Positions 31,700 to 41,035 of a DNA stretch of 64,000 nucleotides are shown piece after piece. Location: contig CAWJFQ010000001.1 in assembly GCA_963842215.1 (NCBI GenBank), positions 1,030,156 to 1,094,155 on the forward strand, given 5' to 3'. A program made the position numbers and the translations under genes. Below the pieces are notes generated by a model that saw nothing but the letters and a program-made list of their open reading frames with translations, had not been told where the DNA came from and searched no databases. Source of the stretch: an uncultured delta proteobacterium. Lineage in GTDB: Bacteria; Desulfobacterota; Binatia; Binatales; Binataceae. Within the stretch, counting starts at the first letter, position 1; every line of letters starts with the position of its first letter.

Positions 31700-32669
31700 G
31701 AAAATCAATCCGGCAACAGTAGGCGCGTTCGTTTTGGGCGCGGTCGGTCTAGTCCTGGCGGCGATTGTGGTCTTTGGATCCGGCAACCTGTTCCGCAAGA
31801 CGCACGAATTCGTCATCTACTTTGCCGGCGATATCAACGGCCTGAGGGTGGGCGCGCCGGTCAAGTTCAAGGGCGTCGAGATTGGCCAGGTCAGCAAGAT
31901 TCGATTGCGCCTCGAGCAGGACGTCAACAATCAGAACGGCCAGTTAAGAGCCGACGTGCGCATCCCGGTGGTAATCGAGCTCGATGAAGAGAAAATTATC
32001 TCTCACGGTGGCTCCGCCATCGACCTGAGCGACCCGCATACGGTGCCAAACCTGATTCGCGAGGGGTTGCGCGCGCAGCTTGGCTCGGACAGCTTCGTGA
32101 CCGGCCTGATGTACGTGGCGCTGGACATCCAACCGAACACGCCGATTCAAATGGTCGCGCCGCCCGGCTCTCCACTGCAGGAAATCCCTGCGGTTCCAAA
32201 CACGCTCGAACAGGCGCAAGCGGTGGCAGTGCGAATTTTCGAGAGGCTTGACAAGGTGGACTTCAACGCAGTGTTCACGCAGATGACTGGCATGCTGGAT
32301 TCGATCAGGCAGATAACTACCTCGCCGGCGCTGAGACAGGTCGTCGCCAATTCCGAAAAAACGCGCGAGCAACTTGATCGCACGCTGGCCGGCGCGCAGC
32401 AGACGCTCAACACAATGAACGGCCAGCTTCCTCCGTTGTCAGATTCGCTGCAAAAGACTTCGGCCTCTGCGGACGCCGCTGCGACCCAGGCCCGCCTCAC
32501 ACTCGGCACCATGCAGACCACGATTCAGCCCAACTCTCCCCTCAACTACCAGGCACTCCAGACGCTGCAGGATGTGAGCGCCGCCGCTCATTCGATCAAG
32601 GAGCTGGCGGACTACCTCCAGCGCAACCCGAGCGCGATCGTACGCGGACGCGACTTCAGCCAGGACTAG
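31692..32669 (+). CDS. MCE-domain (MlaD-like) substrate-binding protein
   Basis: An N-terminal TM anchor followed by an MCE fold (YFAGDINGLRVGAPVKFKGVEIGQV), then a long coiled-coil / low-complexity C-terminus. Overlaps the ATPase gene by 8 nt. Confidence 0.75.
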   Translation: MGKKINPATVGAFVLGAVGLVLAAIVVFGSGNLFRKTHEFVIYFAGDINGLRVGAPVKFKGVEIGQVSKIRLRLEQDVNNQNGQLRADVRIPVVIELDEEKIISHGGSAIDLSDPHTVPNLIREGLRAQLGSDSFVTGLMYVALDIQPNTPIQMVAPPGSPLQEIPAVPNTLEQAQAVAVRIFERLDKVDFNAVFTQMTGMLDSIRQITTSPALRQVVANSEKTREQLDRTLAGAQQTLNTMNGQLPPLSDSLQKTSASADAAATQARLTLGTMQTTIQPNSPLNYQALQTLQDVSAAAHSIKELADYLQRNPSAIVRGRDFSQD

Positions 32670-32670
32670 A

Positions 32671-33330
32671 ATGACCTTGACCAGCAGACTCCTGAATACT
32701 TGCGCCGCCGTGACGATTGCGATGTCGCTGGTGGGATGCTCCGCGATCGCGAGAACAATTCTCGCACCGCAAAAGGACATCTCGAGGTTCTATCTAATCA
32801 CTCCCGTCGACAGCGCTACGTCGGCGCCCGCCGCCACTCAGAGCAGCGGTGGAGGTTTCACGATCGGACTCGGACCGATCAAGCTGCCGCCGTACCTCGA
32901 CCGCCCGGAAGTAGTCACGCGCGCCGCGCCGAACCGCCTCGAACTCTCCAAGGACGACAGATGGGGCGAGTCGCTGCAGAATGGTTTCACTCGGGCGATG
33001 GAGCGCGACCTCGCCGCACAAGCCGGCACTCAGAACATCGTCGACTTTCCATGGTACGCCACCGTGCATATCGATATGCAGGTTAAGATCGACGTCTATC
33101 GCTTCGAGACCGATGGTCAGGGCAACGCGAACCTGTCGGCGAAATGGACGATTCTCGATCCCACAGGCAACATTTTATACACACAGGAATCAAATCTGAC
33201 GCAGCCCTCGAAGCCGGGCGATGAAACCGACGCGGCGGCAGCCCTCAGCCGCACCATCGGCGACCTGAGCGCCCAGATCGCCAACATGCTGCAGCAGATC
33301 CGCTCGCATCCAGGCGCGCACCCAGCCTGA
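32671..33330 (+). CDS. PqiC/YmbA-like ABC-transport auxiliary lipoprotein
   Basis: 219 aa with lipobox LVGCSA. The size and position (last gene of the permease-ATPase-MCE operon) fit the DUF330 auxiliary lipoprotein. Confidence 0.55.
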   Translation: MTLTSRLLNTCAAVTIAMSLVGCSAIARTILAPQKDISRFYLITPVDSATSAPAATQSSGGGFTIGLGPIKLPPYLDRPEVVTRAAPNRLELSKDDRWGESLQNGFTRAMERDLAAQAGTQNIVDFPWYATVHIDMQVKIDVYRFETDGQGNANLSAKWTILDPTGNILYTQESNLTQPSKPGDETDAAAALSRTIGDLSAQIANMLQQIRSHPGAHPA

Positions 33331-33333
33331 GGC

Positions 33334-34734
33334 TTACAGTTCGAAGTCGGCTTGTTCGAGGATACGCGCGGCGCGATAGAGGAAGCTGTTACCCAGCACC
33401 CCGTCGACCACGCGATGGTCGTACGACAGCGCAAGATACATCATGGTGCGAACCGCGATCGCGTCGGCGCCGTCAATTTCGATCACCACCGGCCGCTTCT
33501 TCACTTCGCCCATTCGCAGGATTCCGACTTGCGGCTGATTGATGATCGCAAACCCGTAGAGATTCCCCTCGCGCCCGGGATTCGAGAGCGTGAAACTGCC
33601 GCCCGCCAGATCGTCCGCGGTGATTTTCTTCTCGGCGACTTTTCGGCGCATACTTTCGATGGCGCGCGCGATTCCAACCACCGACATGCCCTCGGCCGCC
33701 TTGATCACCGGAACCAGCAGACCTTCCTCGGTATCCATCGCGATGCCGAGATTGATTTCATGGCGCGTCACCACCGAGTCGCCGACCACCGACGCGTTCA
33801 TCCGCGGAAATTCCTTGAGCGCGCGAACGGTCGCCGCCGCCGCCAGCGGCAGGAACGTCAGACTAAATCCCTCGCGGCGCGCGAATTCAGCTTTATGCTT
33901 CTCGCGCAGGCGCATCGCATTGGTAACGTCCACCTCGGCCACGGTGCCGACGTGCGGCGAATGCGTCTTCGAGTACACCATGTGCTCGGCGATCAGCTTG
34001 CGACGCCGCGTGAAGGGCTCGACGATGTCGCCCTCGATGGGCTGATAGACGGGAGGCTTGAAACCCGGGCCCGGGTGAGCCGCTGGCAGCGGCGCTGCCG
34101 GACTCGCCGTGGGACGCGGGCTGCTCTGCGCGACACCATTGGTCGCCGGCGCCGCAACCGCGGCCGGCGTTCCACCCTTGCGCAGCGAATCTAGATAGCG
34201 CTGCAGGTCGCGCTTGCTCACACGTCCGCCAATTCCCGTCCCCGGCACGCGACTTAAATCGATGCCCTCTTCGGCCGCGATTTTCAGCACCACTGGAGAA
34301 AATCGCCGGGAACCGCCCGGCTCCGGTTCGGCCTCACGCAGGCCGGCTCCCGCCGTTTGCACCGGCATGGACGGCGGCGCGGGTTGAGGCGCCGCAGCAG
34401 GCTTCACTTGTATTGGCTCCGGCTTCGGCTGGATCGGTTCCGGCTTCGGTGCAGTTTTGGGTGCGACAACTTTCAACTTTGCCGGAGCCTCGGCGCCGGC
34501 CTGCTCGATCACGGCGAGCGTCGCGCCAACCGGCAGCGTCTGTCCTTCCGCCGCGACTATCTTCGCTATTCGTCCGGCGCCAGGCGACGGAATTTCCGTG
34601 TCCACCTTGTCGGTCGAGATCTCAACCAGCGGCTGATCTTCGATGACGACGTCGCCTTCCTTGACCAGCCACTTTGCGATCGTGCCTTCGACCACACTCT
34701 CGCCCATTTGCGGCATCGTTACGTCGATCGACAT
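33334..34734 (-). CDS. 2-oxo acid dehydrogenase complex E2 (dihydrolipoamide acyltransferase)
   Basis: A lipoyl domain (MPQMGESVVEGTIAKWLVKEGD), an E3-binding domain, and a catalytic domain with DHRVVDG. The start is an internal Met of the 509-aa ORF, 1 nt after the E1beta stop. Confidence 0.85.
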   Translation of the reverse strand: MSIDVTMPQMGESVVEGTIAKWLVKEGDVVIEDQPLVEISTDKVDTEIPSPGAGRIAKIVAAEGQTLPVGATLAVIEQAGAEAPAKLKVVAPKTAPKPEPIQPKPEPIQVKPAAAPQPAPPSMPVQTAGAGLREAEPEPGGSRRFSPVVLKIAAEEGIDLSRVPGTGIGGRVSKRDLQRYLDSLRKGGTPAAVAAPATNGVAQSSPRPTASPAAPLPAAHPGPGFKPPVYQPIEGDIVEPFTRRRKLIAEHMVYSKTHSPHVGTVAEVDVTNAMRLREKHKAEFARREGFSLTFLPLAAAATVRALKEFPRMNASVVGDSVVTRHEINLGIAMDTEEGLLVPVIKAAEGMSVVGIARAIESMRRKVAEKKITADDLAGGSFTLSNPGREGNLYGFAIINQPQVGILRMGEVKKRPVVIEIDGADAIAVRTMMYLALSYDHRVVDGVLGNSFLYRAARILEQADFEL

Positions 34735-34735
34735 T

Positions 34736-35716
34736 TCAGTACGCCGCCAGACTGCGAATCGCGTCCACGATTTTGTTGGTGCTGGGCAGGATGAAATCCT
34801 CGAGGGGCTGGCTGAATGCAACGTGTGCGTCGGCCGCCGCGACTCGGCGAACCGGACCGTCAAGATACTCGAATGCGTTCTCCATTATGATCGCGGAAAC
34901 CTCGCCGCCAATACCACCGGTCAGCCGATCCTCATGCACCACCAGCACCTTGCCGGTTTTGCGCGCGGTCGCGAGTATCGCCTCGCGATCGAGCGGCAGC
35001 AGAGTCCGCAAGTCGAGCACCTCAACCGCGAGCCCGTCTTCTTTCTCGACGATTCGCGCCGCGTCGAGCGACTGCCCGAGCGTTCCGCCGTAGGTAATTA
35101 TCGAAAGGTCGCCGCCTTCCTTACGCACTTCCGCGACGCCAATCGGCACAGTGAAGTCGCCCTCCGGCAAATCTTCCTTGATGCTGCGATAGAGCCGCTT
35201 GTGCTCGAAGTACACGATCGGGTTGCCATCGCGAACCGCGCTCTTCAAAAGCCCCTTCGCATCGTACGGGGTTGCAGGCGCAACCACCTTGAGCCCCGGC
35301 ACTCGCGTGAACCAGGCTTCGGGGTTCTGCGAATGGAACAGCGCGCCATGAACGCCGGCGCCCGACGGCGCGCGTATCACCAGCGGACACGAGGCCTTGC
35401 CGCCGTGACGGTAGCGCAGGGTAGCCGCCATGTTGACGATCTGATCGAAAGCGCACGAGATGAAATCCGCGAACTGCATCTCGACCACCGGCCGCATCCC
35501 AAGCACCGCCGCGCCGATTCCTGCGCCGACAATCAGCGCCTCCGAGATCGGCGTGTCGATAACGCGATCTTCGCCGAACGCGTCAAGCAACCCTTCGGTG
35601 GCCTTGAATGCGCCGCCCAACTCCGCAACGTCTTCGCCCATGACGAACACATTTTCGTCGCGGCGCATCTCCTCATGCAGCGCCGAATTGATCGCCTTGA
35701 TGTAAGTGACCTCCAC
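34736..35716 (-). CDS. 2-oxo acid dehydrogenase E1 component beta subunit
   Basis: 326 aa. A transketolase-like C-terminal/pyrimidine domain (VFVMGEDVAELGGAFKATEGL). Confidence 0.85.
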   Translation of the reverse strand: MEVTYIKAINSALHEEMRRDENVFVMGEDVAELGGAFKATEGLLDAFGEDRVIDTPISEALIVGAGIGAAVLGMRPVVEMQFADFISCAFDQIVNMAATLRYRHGGKASCPLVIRAPSGAGVHGALFHSQNPEAWFTRVPGLKVVAPATPYDAKGLLKSAVRDGNPIVYFEHKRLYRSIKEDLPEGDFTVPIGVAEVRKEGGDLSIITYGGTLGQSLDAARIVEKEDGLAVEVLDLRTLLPLDREAILATARKTGKVLVVHEDRLTGGIGGEVSAIIMENAFEYLDGPVRRVAAADAHVAFSQPLEDFILPSTNKIVDAIRSLAAY

Positions 35717-35719
35717 GGC

Positions 35720-36772
35720 TTAGCGATTTCCGTTGGACGAAGAGTTCGGCGAGTTAGGCGAGGCCGCAGCGCCCGGCGGCGCGTAAATATCTTCAAGTGC
35801 TTCTTGAGATTCCGGCAGCGCGCTGCTTTCCGCGAACTCCACCGCAGCCTGCACCGTCTTGTTCGCGCGCTCGTCGATTTGCTCGCGGATGCGCTTGATG
35901 TCGTGGCCTTTCTTTTCGAGGTAGAACTCGAAGCGCGGAATCGGATCGCGGCTCTGCCATTCGATGAGTTCTTCCTGATCGCGATAGAGCGCCGCGTCGT
36001 GCTCGCTATGCCCCCGATAGCGATAGGTCTTGCATTCGATCAGCACCGGACCCTCGCCTGCGCGCGTCTTTGCGATCAGGCGCTCGCTTAGCTCGAGCAC
36101 CGCGAGCAGATCGTTGCCCGAGCACACGTAGCCCTTGAAGCCGTAAGCGACTGCCCGGTCCGCCACGTCTTCTATCGCCATCTGCTTTTCGAGCGGAGTC
36201 GAGTAGGCATAGCGGTTGTTCTCGCATACGAACACCACCGGCAGCTTGTGCACGCCGGCAAAATTCATCGCTTCATGGACGTCACCGCGCGACGCCGCGC
36301 CCTCGCCAAAGAAGGCGACCGCGACGTTCGGGTTCTTTTTCATTTTGAATTTGAGGGCTGCGCCGACTGCGACCGGCAGCGACGAACCTAGCATCGAGGT
36401 CGATCCGAAAACGCCATGCTCCAAATCGCCGCCGTGCAGAAATGAATCCTTGCCGCGCGAGAGCCCCGTCTCCTTGCCCATCAACTGCGCCATCAGGCGG
36501 CCGGGATCGACGCCCCGCATGATGAACACCCCCATGTCGCGATGCAGCGGCGCCACGAAGTCGCCGTCGTGCAACGGCGCGCAGATGCCCGTGACGATCG
36601 CCTCCTGGCCGGCGCCTGAGTAAACGCCCCCGAGAATCTTGTTCTGCCGATGAAGTCGCGACACGCGCTCCTCGAACGCGCGAATCAACTTCATCCAGTA
36701 GTAGAGCTGCAGTTCGTGCTCGACGCGCGGAGCCGTTTCGACAGAACCGCGCGCAACATTGGTTTCGGGCAT
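35720..36772 (-). CDS. 2-oxo acid dehydrogenase E1 component alpha subunit (TPP-dependent)
   Basis: 350 aa. A TPP-binding GDG…N region and a phosphorylation-loop-like region typical of PdhA/BkdA/AcoA. Confidence 0.85.
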   Translation of the reverse strand: MPETNVARGSVETAPRVEHELQLYYWMKLIRAFEERVSRLHRQNKILGGVYSGAGQEAIVTGICAPLHDGDFVAPLHRDMGVFIMRGVDPGRLMAQLMGKETGLSRGKDSFLHGGDLEHGVFGSTSMLGSSLPVAVGAALKFKMKKNPNVAVAFFGEGAASRGDVHEAMNFAGVHKLPVVFVCENNRYAYSTPLEKQMAIEDVADRAVAYGFKGYVCSGNDLLAVLELSERLIAKTRAGEGPVLIECKTYRYRGHSEHDAALYRDQEELIEWQSRDPIPRFEFYLEKKGHDIKRIREQIDERANKTVQAAVEFAESSALPESQEALEDIYAPPGAAASPNSPNSSSNGNR

Positions 36773-36893
36773 CTAAGTACTCCGGGTTCGCCTATCCAGC
36801 CCACACTAGCGCCTGTGGATGAGCGGGGCAAAATGCTTTTGTCTCCCACGCGACAGTCATTCGAGCAGCCTTCTGATTCTTTCAGTGACCGAA

Positions 36894-37781
36894 TCATCGC
36901 GCGGCATCAAGGCCGCAGGGAGCCGCAGCGTGAGCTCGAATCCAGTTGCGATCGCGCCGCCCGACTTCACGCAGTATCGCAAGGCCGTCGTCTGTTTTGC
37001 CCAGGCCGAGCAATGCGATTGCGTGCCAGTAGCGCATCTCGGGATTGTCACCGATTGACCGCTCAGCGACGGCAAACTCACGTTCAGTCGCATCCAAATC
37101 GCCGCGTGCGGCCGCCTCATTACCAAGCCGCATATGAAAGAATGCGCGGCGAACGTTGACCAGCCGCCGCATCTCGACCAGCGGCTCAGGCGCGTCATCG
37201 ACGCGAAGATCGAAGATGGCGTCATGCCACGGCCGCCCGTGCTCTTCGCCGCAACAATCAGAATCGCCGCCGATTGCCGCCCGCGAATGTCGCCGCCTTC
37301 GACCTCCGCCGCATCAAGCGCCGCAACAAACCGATCAACCATCTCGACCCCTCGTGCCGGCATACGCCTCTGCCATCGCCCGCCAGACCGTATTCTTGAG
37401 CATCATGTTTGCCTGCACCGAAAATCCCTCGCCGACGATATGTCCCGCTTCGGGAATAGTCGTCGAGCCGGTGTGAGCTCCGACCCGGCCGAGCGCATCG
37501 ACCATCGCAACCTGCCGAACCTCCTTCATCGGATCCGCGGCGAGCAGGCCGGCGAGCGCGTCAGGCGCGCTCTTCCTGGCGCGCATCAAGTCGAGTCCGA
37601 GCTTGCCGTACGCGGGATCGGCGGTCGCCTGCGACGCGACCGCGCCGACTCCCGCCTCCGCCCACGTGACGACCGAGCCGGCCGAGAAATAATGCGACTG
37701 CACAGCGGCGCCTAGCTGCCCGGTGTCGGAGTCGCGCGCGACTATCGAGTAAGTGTGAACCAGCGGATCGGCAGCCGGCAT
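36894..37781 (-). pseudogene. DUF1028 (Ntn-hydrolase-like) family gene split over three reading frames by two frameshifts
   Basis: GGAGGA ribosome-binding site plus ATG at 37781. The N-terminal part (MPAADPLVHTYSIVARDSDTGQLGAAVQSHYF…) ends at a GGGG run near 37348. The middle part (GVEMVDRFVAALDAAEVEGGDIRGRQSAAILIV) is in a second frame. The C-terminal part (…WHDAIFDLRVDDAPEPLVEMRRLVNV…) is in a third frame, with the shift near 37245. Confidence 0.6.
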
Positions 37782-37934
37782 TATTTCGTGTCCTCCTCTA
37801 TCTTCTTGCGCCACCTTATCATCACGTCATCGCGTCTTTGTGTCATCCCGAGCGTAGCCGAGGGACCCCGAATTTTTCTCGACGCCGAGATACCCCACAC
37901 TCCTTGGGGCTTGCGAAGCCCCGTTGCTCCTGTT

Positions 37935-38100
37935 GATGGATTTGCGGGCGCTCATCCTATCGCCATCGGGCGTAAAAATTGGAGCTTCGCGGGATCAGAC
38001 ACCTTCGACCAACGGACTGTCACCATCAACGTCGTCATCGCGACCGCCAAGCTCAACGGGCTTGAGCCCTGGAAATATCTGCGCGATGTTATCCGGCGAA
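37935..38100 (+). mobile_element. IS66-family transposase C-terminal remnant
   Basis: The translation HPIAIGRKNWSFAGSDTFDQRTVTINVVIATAKLNGLEPWKYLRDVIRRM matches the conserved RKNWLFAGS…ETAKLNGL(D/E)P…YL.DVL.R tail of IS66 TnpC. Only about 55 codons remain. No upstream transposase body, accessory genes or inverted repeats are present. Confidence 0.6.
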
Positions 38101-38900
38101 TGAGTCATCCCGGCGCAGCTTTGAACTTCACGGAGATAGAAGCACGCCTCGGCGGTCGTCTGGGTATCGCCGCCCTTGATACGGGTAGCGGCAAACAGTT
38201 GTCATATCGCGGGGACGAACGATTCGCGATGTGTTCAACTTTCAAACCGCTACTGGTGGCTAACGTACTGAAGCATGTTGAGCAAGGGTGGCTGTCTCTG
38301 GATCAGCGCGTTCCGTATGCTACCACCGATCTGATTGAGCACTCTCCCTGCACGCTGAATCGCCTTGCCGAAGGAAGCATGCCGATTGACGATCTCTGCG
38401 GCGCTACCATAGAAATTAGCGACAACACAGCGGCGAATCTCCTCTTGAGTTTAATTGGCGGACCTCCGGGCCTAACCGATTATCTGCGTGGGTTGGGCGA
38501 TTCTATAACCCGGCTCGACCGGACCGAATTGAGCCTCAATAGCAACATTCGGGGAGATGATCGGGATACGACAACGCCCGATACAATGATCAGAACCATG
38601 AGCAAGATCCTTCTCGGCGATGCCTTGTCGCCGGGTGCGCGCACCAAGCTCGTAAACTGGATGAAGAATTGCAAGACGGGATTTAGTCGCGTTCGCGCCG
38701 GGCTGCCACAGGATTGGATCGTAGGCGATAAAACTGGAACCGGCAGCAACGGAGCTGCCAACGATATCGCGATCCTTTGGCCTCCCGGACGTGCACCAAT
38801 CATGGTCGCGGCCTATCTGAGCGAATCCACCAAGTCAGCCGAAGAACTCAACGCAGCACACGCGAAAGTTGGCAGCGTCGTCGTTGCGTTTTTTTCTTGA
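38100..38900 (+). CDS. class A beta-lactamase domain lacking a signal peptide (5'-truncated, fused in frame to the IS66 remnant)
   Basis: All class A catalytic elements are present: S70-x-x-K (CSTFKP), S130-D-N (ISDNTAAN), R164-x-E166-x-x-x-N170 (RLDRTELSLN), K234-T-G (GDKTGTG). The first in-frame ATG (38100) gives MSHPGAALNF… This aligns with the mature N-terminus of TEM-type enzymes (HPETLVK…), so there is no leader. Confidence 0.7.
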   Translation: MSHPGAALNFTEIEARLGGRLGIAALDTGSGKQLSYRGDERFAMCSTFKPLLVANVLKHVEQGWLSLDQRVPYATTDLIEHSPCTLNRLAEGSMPIDDLCGATIEISDNTAANLLLSLIGGPPGLTDYLRGLGDSITRLDRTELSLNSNIRGDDRDTTTPDTMIRTMSKILLGDALSPGARTKLVNWMKNCKTGFSRVRAGLPQDWIVGDKTGTGSNGAANDIAILWPPGRAPIMVAAYLSESTKSAEELNAAHAKVGSVVVAFFS

Positions 38901-39112
38901 TCGGCCCAAGAAATTATCCACCGCGGGCTGTATCCATGATTCTCGACAGAAGCAAGGGCGACCGCTACCGGACGATTACGCTGATCCGACGTTTCACCTC
39001 GCTCACGCCGTGTTTAGGGTTACGTCAACCGACATCGAGAAAGACGCGGGGTCCCTCGGCTCCGCTCGGGATGACACCAAAAAGCGCGGCACAAAGTTGG
39101 GATGAAACAAAA

Positions 39113-39298
39113 ATGAAACAAGAAAGGCGACCCGAGTCCTCGCGCTTCCTTCGCCCCGAAGAGTATCATCGAAGAGTGAAGACCAACCCCTTCCCATGGT
39201 TCCCATGGTGGCCGAAGGTCGAAGAGAGCCACTACATCCCGATCATCATAATCGCGACGGTCCTGGCCGCGATACTGATCTATTTCTCGGGAATTTGA
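39113..39298 (+). CDS. possible small tail-anchored membrane protein (low confidence)
   Basis: 61 codons ending in a hydrophobic helix (HYIPIIIIATVLAAILIYFSGI). It sits in an otherwise non-coding 440-bp stretch, with a weak ribosome-binding site. Confidence 0.15.
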   Translation: MKQERRPESSRFLRPEEYHRRVKTNPFPWFPWWPKVEESHYIPIIIIATVLAAILIYFSGI

Positions 39299-39337
39299 AC
39301 TCTTGAGCTGCGGCTCCGCGCGGAGCAAAACTTTCAC

Positions 39338-39694
39338 ATGAAGAATTATCACGCTTTCGCCGTCGCTCTCGTCGGCTGGTACCTAATGGTTCCTCCCTTG
39401 CCTGCTGACTCGACGAAGGGTTTGGTCGACTTCGGTGCGCCGCTATCGACTTGGTTCCTTTCGCAAGGCTTCGATACGGCCAAAGAATGTGAGCAGGCCA
39501 GGAAAAAGACATATGTTGAGGCAGAACGCGAAGAACGCAAAATCCCTCTGTCTGAGCTGAGGACGAGCCCTCGATTGCCAGCTATCGTCCAGGACATGTT
39601 CAATTCGTGCATAGCCAGCAATGATCCGCGGTTGAAAGAATTTCCTGTGCAGATGAGTCCCACGACCTTTCAAAATTCGTCGGCCAATCAATAG
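39338..39694 (+). CDS. small secreted protein with conserved Cys pair (paralog of 1210-1503)
   Basis: 118 aa with signal peptide MKNYHAFAVALVGWYLMVPPLPA. The motifs APLSTW, FDTAKEC and CIASNDPRLKE are shared with the 1210-1503 protein. Preceded by a perfect 14-bp palindrome GCTCCGCGCGGAGC at 39313-39326. Confidence 0.45.
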   Translation: MKNYHAFAVALVGWYLMVPPLPADSTKGLVDFGAPLSTWFLSQGFDTAKECEQARKKTYVEAEREERKIPLSELRTSPRLPAIVQDMFNSCIASNDPRLKEFPVQMSPTTFQNSSANQ

Positions 39695-39751
39695 TCCAGT
39701 TTTCTTTTGCAACTAGGTTGCCTCCCCGTACTTGATGGCCTATAAACGCGA

Positions 39752-40954
39752 TTGATGCCGTCGCTACATTCATCGCTCGCCTCCGAGCAGCCCGAACGCG
39801 CGCCGATTCGCGAGATCCTTGATCGGGCGCTCGCTGGCGCGCGTCTCAGCGATGCCGATGCGATCGCACTGATCGAATGCCCGGACAGCGATCTCGAAGC
39901 TATGCTCTCCGCAGCGTCTGAGCTTCGCGATCGCGGCAAGGGCCGCGACGTGACCTACTCGCGCAAGGTGTTTCTGCCCATCACCAATCTATGCCGCGAC
40001 CGATGCACCTACTGCACGTTCCGCAAAGATCCGGGCGACCCGGGTGCGTGGACGATGATGCCCGACGAAATTGCGCAATGGTCGCGGCGGGGCGCGGAGC
40101 TCGGATGCAAAGAGGCGCTGATGTGCCTGGGCGACAAGCCCGAGGTCGCATTCAAGGAATATCGGGAGACGCTTGCGAAGCTCGGCGTCCGCACCACGAT
40201 CGAATACGTCGGACGTGCGTGCGAAATCGCGATCGCCGAGGGACTGCTGCCGCATACCAACGCCGGCCTGATGACTTCCGATGAGATGCTTGCGCTGCGT
40301 CCGCTCAACGTCAGCATGGGCCTGATGCTCGAAAGTATCTCGCCGCGGTTGCGCGCACGCGGCGGGGTGCATCAGGCGGCGCCGGATAAGGATCCCGCGC
40401 TGCGAATGAAGATGATCGACGACGCGGGCGCGCTGCGGATTCCCTTCACGACTGGAATTCTGCTCGGTATCGGCGAGACGCCGGCGGAGCGTGCGCTCAG
40501 CCTGACTGCGATTCGCGACACGCATGAGCGTCACGGCCATATCCAGGAAGTGATCATCCAGAATTTTCGCGCCAAGCCTGAGATCGCGATGGCCGACGCG
40601 CCGGAGCCTGACGCCTTCGACATGGCGCGCGCGATCGCGACTGCGCGCCTTGTGCTGGGGCCGTCGATGAATGTGCAGGCGCCGCCCAACCTGTCGCCGC
40701 GTCAGATCGAGTTGTTCCTCAATGCGGGAATCAACGACTGGGGCGGGATTTCGCCGCTTAGTAAGGACTACGTGAACCCCGAGGCGCCGTGGCCGCATAT
40801 CGAAAAGCTCGGAGAGGCATGCGCGCGAGCCGGTTTCACGCTCGGTGAAAGGCTCGCAATTTACAACGAATACATCAATGATGAATGGCTCGACCCGGCG
40901 GTCGCGACAAAAGTGCGCGCGATATGGGATCGACCCGTCGGAGGCCAATCATGA
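39752..40954 (+). CDS. cofG: 7,8-didemethyl-8-hydroxy-5-deazariboflavin (FO) synthase subunit CofG (radical SAM)
   Basis: 400 aa. Radical-SAM motif CRDRCTYCTF. Collinear with CofG / the FbiC N-terminal half. Confidence 0.85.
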   Translation: MMPSLHSSLASEQPERAPIREILDRALAGARLSDADAIALIECPDSDLEAMLSAASELRDRGKGRDVTYSRKVFLPITNLCRDRCTYCTFRKDPGDPGAWTMMPDEIAQWSRRGAELGCKEALMCLGDKPEVAFKEYRETLAKLGVRTTIEYVGRACEIAIAEGLLPHTNAGLMTSDEMLALRPLNVSMGLMLESISPRLRARGGVHQAAPDKDPALRMKMIDDAGALRIPFTTGILLGIGETPAERALSLTAIRDTHERHGHIQEVIIQNFRAKPEIAMADAPEPDAFDMARAIATARLVLGPSMNVQAPPNLSPRQIELFLNAGINDWGGISPLSKDYVNPEAPWPHIEKLGEACARAGFTLGERLAIYNEYINDEWLDPAVATKVRAIWDRPVGGQS

Positions 40955-41035
40955 ACCTGGAGTACTGGAGAGACTACGTCGACGAAATCGAAGCGACGCC
41001 GCGTTGACGCTTTACTCGGCAAGGCGTCCCCCGCG

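Noticed and set aside
37755-38100. N-terminal 115 codons of the six-frame ORF 37755-38900 (MNQRIGSRHYFVSSS…)
   Set aside because: It overlaps the start and ribosome-binding site of the DUF1028 gene on the opposite strand, and only its last ~55 codons (the IS66 tail) show homology. It is treated as read-through, not as the true beta-lactamase N-terminus.
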